Of a stretch of DNA of 64,000 nucleotides, positions 36,225-48,800 are shown in pieces (position 1 is the first letter of the stretch; every line of letters begins with the position of its first letter). Below the pieces are notes generated by a model. That model worked only from the letters and a program-made list of their open reading frames with translations. It had not been told where the DNA came from and ran no database searches. The position numbers were made by a program, and so were the translations under genes. The DNA comes from Tubiluchus corallicola (Eukaryota > Animalia > Priapulida). The stretch is from assembly GCA_030141605.1 (NCBI GenBank), contig JAQGDQ010000967.1, positions 1 through 64,000 on the forward strand. Reading direction: 5' to 3'.

Positions 36225-39200
36225 GGATAGATAGATAGATAGATAGATATAATTTTAGTATAGCTACAGTTAATGTATCATGAAAAAATAGTAAGTAATA
36301 TTATTAATATTTACATGTTAGTACTTTTTACTTTTTTAAAAAACACTTAAAATGTGATGGGCTATAAAAATCTTATATGCATTATTATAAACACGCAGAA
36401 ATATCAAAGTTGAAAGAATGAATCACGGAAGCCAGGAAGCAAAAACACATTGCGGCGTGGGAGAGATAAACTATATTCACGGACAAATTTGTTTTGCTGT
36501 TGTACGTAAGCGAACTTGATACAGTTAGTATGACATCAGGTACAGTACACGCTGAGTGATTACTACGCCACAAAGTTCAAGGTCACGCTGGTGACGTCAC
36601 GGGCGCTGCGGCTTGCCGCGTGTTGCTTAATGTGTCAATTGAATTGAATTTGCGTAGGTGTACGTCAAGTTTTCTAGTCTGTCACTACAATAATATTTCT
36701 ACTGACTAGTGTTTTTATCACGTTGCGTAATTATGTCTGCTGTATTTTGTATTTGTTCTTCTATTTTGTTTTTGTATTTTTGTAAATGTATTATTTTGCC
36801 ATGTTACGTGATTGTAATTGTGCTAATAAAGCTGAATTGAATTGAATGATAAATACGATCTGTGTTGATCCTGGCAGCGAAATTGCGACTGAAAGTAGAT
36901 AATGATAGAAAATGAATAAAATAGTTGCTAAATTAGTAAGAAACTTTTCCTGATCGACTGCTTCTGATCTGACAAACATTTGGCTAACTAAAATTTTTCA
37001 AACTTTCGAGAAGTTTCCCATTAATTTACTTTAAATTCATTAACTCTTGATAAAGATATGGTTTAAAGCAAAACCGGATCCAATCTTAAACTGCAGGTCA
37101 AAACAATCTACTTTTTAAAATATTGAAAGTAAACTTGCTCTTCAAAAATGACTTACGGGAAACAATTATTATCACAAAAACACAATTTCACGTTCACGCC
37201 ACTAGTTCTTCGCTGTTACATGCATTTTGTCATTCGCTAGTTATACGGGCACTAGCGCCTGTATTTCTGAAATGCATTGCACTAAAACAGATGCTGTACC
37301 TCTCAGTTCAGATGTGTTAGTTTGTGACGAACTGCACACGTTCCACAGCCCATACGTGAGCACAGCAGTAAATTTGAAATTTGAATTTTTATTTTAAAAC
37401 TCATCTAGTTTTAGTAGAACACACTGAATATCTTACAGTAGCACCGTACTTCAATTTTCGCTTTCACAAACACGTGCAACATACTCGTGGATTATTCTTG
37501 CTGTTGAAAATTATGTTAGTTTGTGATGTCATCAGTAGTTGGGCTCGTCCACCGTTAATTAAGCTTTAATCTATTATATAATTATCAGAAGCGCTTTTGC
37601 AGTATTAATTGTGTTAAAATGTATACTGTTCATCGGATTTGAAAATGAGGTAGTATGTGAAAAATTATCCTGCCTTCCTTTAATCATGTTATCGTCACAG
37701 CTTGTCGCTTTACTCGACTGTGGTAAAAAATCACTGAATCGCTTTTTTATGCGTAAGTGTATTTTGTCTTGATTTTGTTGTTAAAGTCATTTATGAAAAA
37801 TGTTTCTCTGCAATTAACATATTTGGCTGTTTTAAAATGCACAAAATTTAGATCTTGCTACAGTTCGGACGTACCGAGGATGCGCTTTGATCGTTGGTAG
37901 AAAAAGTTTCATGAACAGCACGCGTGTACATGGTTTGTGCTTTTGCTGTGCTGGCACGCCACGGAGTCTGTTGCTACCTTTGAGTGGCACGCTTCAGAGA
38001 AAAAAATGGTGCCTGGGCGGTGTGTGATTGTTGACATTACAATCAAGTCTGGAGTAATATTCGCTTGTATGATAATGTAAACTATGTGTAATGTCACCGT
38101 GATCAAATTAACTGATGATGTTATCTGAATCGTGCTACAATTTGATGTGCAATGTACAATACAAAGAGGCGTCTGCCTTGTTAGCCTTTTCACCTTTCCT
38201 ATCTTTCGACTTGGGTGTTGAGATTTTATTAATTTGGGTTTTTTTTCCATCATTAATGATAATTTTGGTATTAACATTGGGGCTGTGGAGTTGGAGTTGT
38301 TAAAATTTGGGTTTTAGCTGTCTGAGTCGGGACTCGGGAGTACACTTATTGTCGCAGGAATCGTTGTTAGAGTCGGTAATAAATAGACGAACTCAAACTC
38401 CACTTACTTTTAACATTTAACGCATTTATGCTTAACGTTCCATCTTGAGATGCTTTCGTATTTGCGTGTATGCAGCTAGACTGTTTTTCAAGCATAAGAA
38501 GTAATGTTGAAATGCCACTGTAGCTAAATATTGAGAGTACTACAAACTATTATTTAAACGTGCGAGTCGGAATTAGGAGTTGGGGCTCCAAAAAATTTAG
38601 GTGTCGGAATTGGATCTTCTAATATTCTAGGAGTCGGAGACAGAATCAGGAGTTTAATGTACGGACTCCACAGCCCCTAGTTAAGATTATAATTATAAAT
38701 TTCAGCGCAAAAAACTTCGCCCGTTTTGGAATTGAACTTAATCATACATTTGGTATGCTTATTTATTGTGTCTGATTCCCGTATGTTTTTCGTCCCTTGT
38801 AAAATAGTTCAACGAAACGGTTCCATCATAAAACAGCTAGTTAAATACATTCAGGTTTTCCCTGTGGCTTCTTCTCTGTGGAATACCCCATCAAATACTG
38901 TTTCCCGGGAAGTACAAATGTGCTCCGTTCAGTAAGAACAGATCTGTGCTTCTGTTGCTAACATATTAGTGGGAATTTTTCCGGGACAACACGACTCGTG
39001 TTGAATTTTTCCCTTTTGGCTTCTTATCTGTGGAATCCCCGAAGAAATATTGTTTCCCAAAATCAAATATTGATTCCTAGCGCTCACTGCAGTAAGAAAA
39101 TATTATAACTGGTGCTGTATATGAACGAAGCACTTAAAAATCATCAAAGATCCCAGGATCACATGAAAATGAAATCAATAAAAACTACATTTAATCACAG

Positions 39201-39436
39201 TAGTTATAAGAGCTAATTATAAAATCGTACACGTAAATTTTTCCAAGTTAAATGCTATTAAATTCGTCAGTTCATCAAATTTGTCTCTAATCCCTGTTGC
39301 TTTGGCAAGTTTAGGGCAGCAGTGTCAGTTGGTGTGTTGGGTTCTATTGTTGATCAGCAAATTATCATATATTTATTTACTTACTGACTGGCTGACTGAC
39401 TTACTTATTTTCTTACTTACTTATTTATTTATTTAA

Positions 39437-39467
<31 letters not shown>

Positions 39468-42400
39468 TATATTTATTTACTTACTTATTAGCTTGTTTAT
39501 TTATTTACTTATTTATGTATTTGATTTTGTTTATGTATAATTTTTATTTAATGCCATTTCATTTATTTCACAAATGAAATGGTCAAACGAAAAGAGGTCG
39601 TTGTTACATACGCGTAGAAATACAGTAAATTGCAAGTGCAATAAGAATCTAATGCACCCTATTCGTCATCTAAGTTTATTTGAATAGACAGCAAACTAGT
39701 AGTGCAGCAAAAAACTAATGCACATAGTTAAGTGACACTTGATGAATGTACTGTTATATATTTTTGACCCCTACATATATATATATATATTTATATGTGC
39801 ACATGTATTGTGTGTGTGTGTGTGCGCGCGCGCGTGCGTGCGTGAGTGAGTGCATGAGTGAGTGTGTGTGTGTTTGTGTATATGTAAATAATATATTATA
39901 TATAAATATATATATTATTATAATTATAATAATATATTATGTTATTTGACCAACCAGCCAACAGGTCATTCGAAGCCATTGTTACATATTGAAATTGCTG
40001 GGAACTTTTTTCTCTTTATCGCTTGTTGAATAAGTAGAATTGTTTCAATTATGTCTAGTGTATATAGTTTAGGAAACCGGAATAAAACCTTGTGTTACAG
40101 AATCATACCAACATTGTTATTCTATTGTGCATGCATTTCAAGTATGTATGAATTGTATTGTACGCGTTCTAAGTTCGTTCTCTTTTTTGCAGTACTGCCC
40201 GAGCTGCCGTTACCGACTCCGTTGCCGTCAACGATGACCAACAAGTCGTTCTATCATCATCAGCAGGTCATGGATCAGGCACGACGACACGTGGGGTCCC
40301 GGGACGGGAACCTGGTGACTCAGGTCGCTCACGCGCTGGGTAAAACTTCTACGGACGGCATGTAGGTTTTTGCTTAATTCACATAATCTGATTTGTTAAA
40401 GGAAAACCGGATGATTGTGTAAACATGAGTTCAGAGTAAAGAATGTTTTAAAGTATTGAAAACTACAATGGCTTATTTTAAATCAAAGCTTACATTACAC
40501 TTTCAAAGCTACGCGCGGCTCAGTGAATCTACTAAGATTGGTAGTGGCGCCTTTTTGTCACACTCGCGTAGCTGACAAATAGAAGGCGGTACAGTGACAA
40601 CCATGAACATGAACTGCAGTGTTAGTTTCTGACATCACATGATGTAAAGCCCATTTTTCGTGACATCACGCGTTTAAGCAGTACTGTAACACTTACGCAA
40701 ACGTGCTTGACGCTCAAGGGAAGATGCCTGCCATTGCACAAACTGTGGTTAATTTCTGATGTAAGCAATAGCTGTGTTCGGTTGCCGTTAATTAACTATC
40801 TAAGCTAATTATTCAAATATAAGAAACAATGGTTAACTTTTATAGGCAAGAAAATATACATTTTGGACAGTAAATTAAAATGAGATTGAGTCTAAACAAT
40901 CGTCCGGTTTTCCTTTAAAGTCGTTCAATCTACTGTACAGATTATGCACTGCATCGTGTCTACACATTTTCTGATTTATAAAGTGGTTTATAGTGAAACT
41001 GCATTGCGTACATATTTGCAGATCTGGTAACCATTGATTTCGCTTACTGCAGTACACAACGCCATACCTAAGCCTACTTTATTTTGTCATTCAGTGCAAT
41101 AGTACACCAAAATTTTTACGGACCCTGTACATTATTTCACAGACTGGCCGCTAGTTGGCAGGCCATCACTTTGTTTACATCACGTACATCAGTGTATAGA
41201 ATCAATTGTGCGGAGTTATTTGAGTCAATTGCAGACAGTTTTTATATACTTTTGCATAGGAGCGGCTAGTACTTAGGCGTTTTTGACACAATTATGTATC
41301 ATGTATCCTTGATTGTTGTGTACTTTAAATTATGCATGAAACAAGGTAACTGATATTTTAAGTCCACTTAGAGGCTCTCTATGATCACAAAATTGCAATT
41401 TGTTGCTGCCTAGAAGCATTCCACGAGACCGTGATTGTAGCAGAAACTCTGTCTCTTACCTACTTTTACATTGCCCAGTTCTGTCTTACTTGTTTTTACA
41501 TTGCCCAACTCTGTCTCTTACTTGTTTTTACATTGCCCAACTCTGTCTCTTACTTACTTTTACATTGTCCAATTCTGTCTTACTTACTTTTACATTGCCC
41601 AATTCTGTCTTACTTGTTTTTACATTACCCAACTCTGTGTCTCTTACTTTTACATTGCTCAAGAAGCAGTGCATTTTAATCTTAACATCTTCATTGTAAT
41701 TGCAGTGAAATGAAAGACGACTCGGCGATGGATTGTATGGAAGCCGAGATGCCCGAAATCCTGAAAATGGCTTTGCTAAAGAACTCCAATATACTCAAAC
41801 ATCACGGTGAGTCAAATGTTAACAGACTTCTTTATAATACTGGCAACGGTCGACTTACGACTACGATCTGTTCAAGCGGATTGGTCGTGACCCGAATTGG
41901 ACCCGTACGTTAAATTGGTACGCGGAGGAAGTTGTGTGCGTACGCGGACTAACCGTGGCGGCACGTACGATGAATTTATCGAAACAGACAGGAATTTCAA
42001 GTTCATTTGTTTAGAAAAATAGAAAGAAAAATGAGTTATAGGTGGTTTTGTGTAATTAATTACGTTGCGGTCGGATCATAAGGTAGAGCAGTCGTAAATT
42101 GCGTAGATGGTAAGTCGACATACACCTGTAATGATTTCAGGTGTTGCTCATGGTGCTGTAGTTCAAACATTTAACCGAGTAATATGCGTCAGTATTGCAT
42201 GCAAATACAGTGGCCGCCGCTTATTGTGGACACCTCGGGCCAGCAGTGTATGTCCATATTAAGCGGCTGTCCATATTAAGCGAAGTGACCCATGAAGACC
42301 CTTCCCCTTCATTAAAAAAGGCAAAAAACTGTCTGTATCAACTCGTCTCCTGTTTTATTGAAAAAAAGAAGTCAGACGAGTTTGTTTGGCAGGAAACTTT

Positions 42401-45400
42401 TCTCTCAACCTTGAACGGAAGGAAGTTATCACAGTTTCGAAGCTCTCAAGGCCGCGGCAAACGGCGAACTGACTGATGCAATGAATCACTCAGGCAGCAG
42501 AGCGGGAAGCTCTTTTCAATCACGCGCGCAGGCCGTGGTTGGCACGGCTGGTTCACGTTATATGACCTTACGTTATAGGTTCGCTGTCCATATTAAGCGG
42601 CGGTTGTCCATATTAACCGGCGGATTTTATTAGGGGAAAATTCCGTCCCTCGCGAGTTGTCCACAATAACCGGCTGTCCACAATAACCGTGTCCATAATA
42701 AGCGGCGGCCACTGTAGTTTCTTTTAAGAACAATTTGTGATAAATAATTATTAGTATTAAAATAAAACCGGTCTCAATCTTAAACTGCAGATCAAAACAA
42801 TCTACTCTTTAAAATATTGAAAGGAAACATACTATTTCTTCAAAATTGACTAACGTGAAGGAATTATTACCACACAAACACAATTTCGCATTCGCGCCAC
42901 TAGTTCTTCATTGTTACATGCATTTTGCCGTGCGATAGTTAGACGATCACTAACGCCTGTATTTCGAAATTGTTTTGCTCAAAAAACAGGTGCTGTACCT
43001 CGCAGTTCCGAGGTATTTAGTTATGTCATAGTACACAGACGTTCAAGAGCTCCTGCATGAGGACAGCAGTAAACATGAAATTTTAATTTTACACTTTAAA
43101 TTTGTCGAGTTTTTGTATAACGCACTGAATGTTGCACAGCAGAGCTGTACATAAATTTTTGCTTTTGGAAATATCTGTAACACACTTGTGGAATATTTGT
43201 GCTGTTGAAAATTACGTTCATTTGTGATGTCATCAATAGTTGGGCTCGGCCACCGTTAATTAAGTTTTTAATCTATTATTTAATTATCAGAAACAGTTTT
43301 CCAGTTTTGATTGTGTTAAAATGTATATCAGACTTGAAAATGGGATAGAATGTAAAAATCGCCGTGTCTTCCTTTAAAGTATTAGTTCATATTTAAAACA
43401 CAAAAAACCCTATAGTTACACAAAGCTAAAAATTATCTTGAAGTTTTATATCATGGTGTCTTAATGCATGCAGAGCTTGTATTAGCAGTAACGCTGCGTA
43501 AAATTTGTAAATTTAAACTCCCACAGTAACCGTTAGACGCAGCCATTTTAGCGGTAAGTCGTTTAGAACAAGTTTAGATAACATTGCTTAAAGTTTGAAA
43601 AAATAATCAGAGAGTTCGTAGCGCACATGTTGCTAATTAAGCGAAAGTTTTAATTACTTTATACTGTCCACAAGATCAGTATTACGTATTATGATGAATT
43701 GGTGACATTTCGTGCAGCACATTAGGATACATATTCCAAGTGATGCAAATATTTTAAATATTAATAATTTTCTTTTCCCTTTACGTAAGTCTTTCAAACA
43801 AGCGTGCGTAATCCTTAGTAGGGTGAGTATTCATTGTGCACTCTTCCCTAACTAAGCAAAAATTTAAATTACCGTATCTTGTCGGTGAGACTAATAATGT
43901 ATATTTTTTGGTGAATTGTTGGTTTGAACTTTGTTAACATACTCGTGTTTTCATTCTGTCCAGGCCTGAGTAATCGATTTCCGGTGTATCAGCACAACTC
44001 GGCAGACGTAGCTCCCACGTCTTCGATGAGCGATTTTAAGATGCCGACCGACACGCCGTTGCCGGCGGAAACGAAGCCGTTTGTGGGTACCAATCACAGC
44101 GCTGTTTACTCTGAACAGTCATCATCCTCGTCTTCTCATTGTGTAAATCACAACTTCCAGCAAAAGTATCCGAGTTTTCCCGCTCAAGGGCAGGGTGAGT
44201 ATCTTGTGGGAAAAACGTTTTTGGTGATGATCGTGAAAAGGTCAAAGGTTAAGTGAACCAGACAGCGCATTTGTGTACACTTGACAACGCCTCGCAGCCC
44301 AAGCTATTGTAATAGTGACAGTTTTAACAACTAGCTAGAACCTTACCTAGTTCATTTTTTCTTGTTCTCAAGCAACATCCTGCTAGTAAAGCAATCATTC
44401 TACGCACAGGCTAATGCATAATCAAGTAAAGTCTGCACAAAACCAGCAAAGTTACTGAAGTGATGCAGCAGACGGTTTTGCTTTACCAGCACGTCATGAC
44501 ACTGAGCCTTTGACCTACAGCAACTGTGCATGTGCGCAACCAAACTATTGAAGAGGCTTATTGCGTTCTTGTACTATATGTAGCTAAATTTCTACTGTTT
44601 ATTTCATGTAATTTGGTTTCAGTTTGGCCACACTTTTACATATTAGAGTATACGTAATATGGGTTTAAACAGGGCTCTAATTTTAATTGTTAATTTTTGT
44701 TCTGGTAGCCTAGTAAGGTTGGAGTGTCGATCATTTGCTGGTCACTCAAATAGCATTCAGTGGACACTTGCCGTTTTGAGCAAACAATCACCCTTGAAAA
44801 GCTGTGTAAAATGCTGAAAACTGTGTCTTGATGCATTTTATTAGATAATTATGTTTTTAAACATTAGCCAGAATGATGAAAATGCATTGAAGCTTTCGAT
44901 TTTGTTAAATAGTAACACAAGGCTTGTTTGTCTTGTAGTTTTCTCAACTTTTGTTAGAGAATCACATTTGCAAGGCTTAACCAGAATGCTTAGCATGGTA
45001 CCTTGTAGTTTTCAACTTTCGTTAAAAAAGCACACTTGCAAGGCTTGTTAGAATACTCACCATAGTACCTTGTAGTTTTTGTCTTTTGTTAAATAATCAC
45101 ACTTACAGGGCTTTACTGGAATGCTGAAACTTGTGCATTGAAGTTTTTAGTTTTTGCTGTATATTCACACTTACAAGGCTTGGCAAAATGCCGTAAGCTG
45201 TGCCTTGAAGTTAAATAGTCACACTTATAAGGCTTGCCAAAAAAGTGTTGGAAACTGGCTTGAAGTTTTCAGCTTCTGTTAAATAATCACATTTAAAAGG
45301 CTTATCGTTTTTTAACGCCTACACTTGTAAGGTTATTTTTGAAAATTTTCATGATCCTAAATTTGTAGTGTTAATTGCAGGTACGTCATCAGCGACAATT

Positions 45401-45769
45401 AACGGGCAGCTGCCAACTCCTCCTACACCTTTGCAACACCAGTCACCCAAGTGTTCTGTACAAAACTCCACGTTACAGCCGTTCATTAAATCAGGTACAA
45501 CTTTGGATAATTACAGTAAGTCCTCTCTTAACGACGTTCCAGAGAGATGCGACGTTAAGTGAAACGTCGTTAAATGAAACCAAGACTTCCCTAGGAAGTA
45601 ATGTGAAAGAATCGAGATTCGTTCCAGAATCAAAAATGAATGCTGCTTAAATCATATAAATTAAATGTTTTATCTGTTTTACTCGTCTTTCTACTGATTA
45701 ATTTCTTTCTGCTTGCTTGAAGCCATCTATATATGTGTTACTTACCTAGCTAACAGTTTCTTGAATCCA

Positions 45770-45806
<37 letters not shown>

Positions 45807-48800
45807 TACTTACCTAGCTAGCGGTTTCTGTTTAGTTAACATTTAAGTCTAGGCAGAGGTTCAACGGTAAACACTACGGCTGAGTCAAAGTCGGGCCCTG
45901 TTCAACTTAGGGAATTTTATCTAGTCTGGTTACTATGGCAACAGGTTGCAGGCAAAATTCCTTGCTCCAGGCCCCGTTCAACTTTGGGAATTTTATCTAG
46001 TCTGGTTACTATGGCAACAGCTTGCAGGCAAAATTCCTTGCTCCAGGCCCCGTTCAACTTAGGGAATTTTATCTAGTCTGGTTACTATGGCAACAGGTTG
46101 CAGGCAAAATTCCTTGCTCCAGACTCCGTTCAACTTAGGGAATTTCATCTAGTCTGGTTACTATGGCAACAGTTTGCAGGCAAAATTCCTTGCTTCGGGC
46201 CCCGTTCAACTTTGGGAATTTTATCTAGTCTGGTTACTATAGCAACAGGTTGCAGGCAAAATTCCTTGCTTTAGGCCCCGTTTAACTTTGGGAATTTTAT
46301 GCAGTCTGGTTACTATGGCAACAGGTTGCAGGCAAAATTCCTTGCTCCAGGCCCCGTTCAACTTTGGGAATTTCATCTAGTCTGGTTACTATAGCAACAG
46401 GTTGCAGGCAAAATTCCTTGCTCCAGGCCCCGTTCAACTTTGGGAATTTTATCTAGTCTGGTTACTATAGCAACAGGTTGCAGGCAAAATTCCTTGCTTT
46501 AGGCCCCGTTCAACTTTGGGAATTTTATGTAGTCTGGTTACTATAGCAACAGTTTGCAGGCAAAATTCCTTGCTCCAGGCCCCGTTCAACTTTGGGAATT
46601 TCATCTAGTCTGGTTACTATAGCAACAGGTTGCAGGCAAAATTCCTTACTCCAGGCCCGTTCAACTTTGGGAATTTCATCTAGTCTGGTTACTATAGCAA
46701 CAGTTTGCAGGCAAAATTCCTTGCTCCAGGCCCCGTTCAACTTTGGGAATTTCATCTAGTCTGGTTACTATAGCAACAGTTTGCAGGCAAAATTCCTTAC
46801 TCCAGGCCCCGTTCAACTTTGGGAATTTCATCTAGTCTGGTTACTATAGCAACAGTTTGCAGGCAAAATTCCTTACTCCAGGCCCCGTTCAACTTTGGGA
46901 ATTTCATCTAGTCTGGTTACTATAGCAACAGGTTGCAGGCAAAATTCCTTACTCCAGACCCCGTTCAACTTTGGGAATTTCATCTAGTCTGGTTACTATA
47001 GCAACAGGTTGCAGACAAAATTCCTTGCTCCAGGCCCCGTTCAACTTAGGGAATTTTATCTAGTCTGGTTACTATGGCAACAGGTTGCAGGCAAAATTCC
47101 TTGCTCCAGGCCCCGTTCAACTTTGGGAATTTCATCTAGTCTGGTTACTATAGCCACAGTTTGCAGGCAAAATTCCTTGCTTCGGGCCCCGTTCAACTTT
47201 GGGAATTTTATCTAGTCTGGTTACTATAGCAACAGGTCGCAGGCAAAATTCCTTGCTTTAGGCCCCGTTCAACTTTGGGAATTTTATGTAGTCTGGTTAC
47301 TATGGCAACAGGTTGCAGGCAAAATTCCTTGCTCCAGGCCCCGTTCAACTTTGGGAATTTCATCTAGTCTGGTTACTATAGCAACAGTTTGCAGGCAAAA
47401 TTCCTTGCTTCGGGCCCCGTTCAACTTTGGGAATTTTATCTAGTCTGGTTACTATAGCAACAGGTTGCAGGCAAAATTCCTTGCTTTAGGCCCCGTTCAA
47501 CTTTGGGAATTTTATGTAGTCTGGTTACTATAGCAACAGTTTGCAGGCAAAATTCCTTGCTCCAGGCCCCGTTCAACTTTGGGAATTTCATCTAGTCTGG
47601 TTACTATAGCAACAGGTTGCAGGCAAAATTCCTTGCTCCAGGCCCCGTTCAACTTTGGGAATTTCATCTAGTCTGGTTACTATAGCAACAGGTTGCAGGC
47701 AAAATTCCTTGCTCCAGACCCCGTTCAACTTAGGGAATTTCATCTAGTCTGGTTACTATAGCAACAGGTTGCAGGCAAAATTCCTTGCTTCCTGGTCTCT
47801 CTTGATGCAAACTGCTTGCATTTAGTGGTCAGTCGGAAAGCAAAAACATTATAATAATTGCACTGTTTACATTACTGGTGCATTTTTGGACAAATGTATG
47901 TATTAGTGCATTAAATTAGGTAAAAATGTTGTTGACAGAGTTAAAATTGGCTTCGAGCAAAGTGAAAAAATCGCCGTTAAAAGGAAATGTTCGTCGTTAA
48001 GCGAGAAAAGGGTGTTAAATGATCAGCGTCGTTAAATGAAACGTCACTAAATGCGGAGTCATTAAGCGAGGACTTGCTGTACTGGCGTAATGTAATCAAA
48101 CGTGGTCTGTCTGTCTGTCTGTTTCTCACTTTTGCTGATTATCTTGTTTTTGTTTGTTTTGGACTTGATGTTTCACCAAGTTTTGTTTTGTTGTTTTTAG
48201 AAACTCCTCCGGACGCGAGCCAACCCGCCTTGTCAGTACCTCACGCTAATGTTGCCGCTGCCGCCACGGCTGCCACTTCATCGTCGATGCCGAGTGCCGA
48301 TGCCTACCAGCAGCACTGTGCAGGTAAGAAAGTTTTTAAATTGAAATTTATCTCGTGTCGTTCGGGGATTTTATCCTTGAGGTTGAATCAGTCTTTGATT
48401 TGCTAACGACTCCGTTAATTTCGGGAGAGTTTCGTAATCAATTACAGGAAAGAAAATCATAAAGAAAGGGAGAGTTTCGTAATCATCGGACAGAAAAAAT
48501 GAACAATTTTGAAACGAGCATTTGAGCGTAACAAATTGATTATCTTGACCTTAGCTGCTTTAATTACAACGGGTGTGCAAACTGTGGCCCGCCGAGAGAT
48601 CTTGTGCGGCCCGTGCGATCCAGCTGAAGTCTGCGCCAATATCGCAACGATAGTGCGGGTAGTTTTTTCCTCTAGATCGGATGGCATCAACCCTTGCAAG
48701 ACCGTTGTCACTTAATGTCACTGTCGGCCATGACGAAATATATGGTTTTTAATATAAATTTTAATAACTTCTAAAATAGTTTCTTGAGTGTAGTAGTGCA

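Noticed and set aside
45893-47790. CRISPR-like regular repeats (also considered for 15254-16050, 56942-57727 and 59230-60368)
   Set aside because: Units are head-to-tail with no unique spacers, there are no cas genes, and the DNA is eukaryotic.
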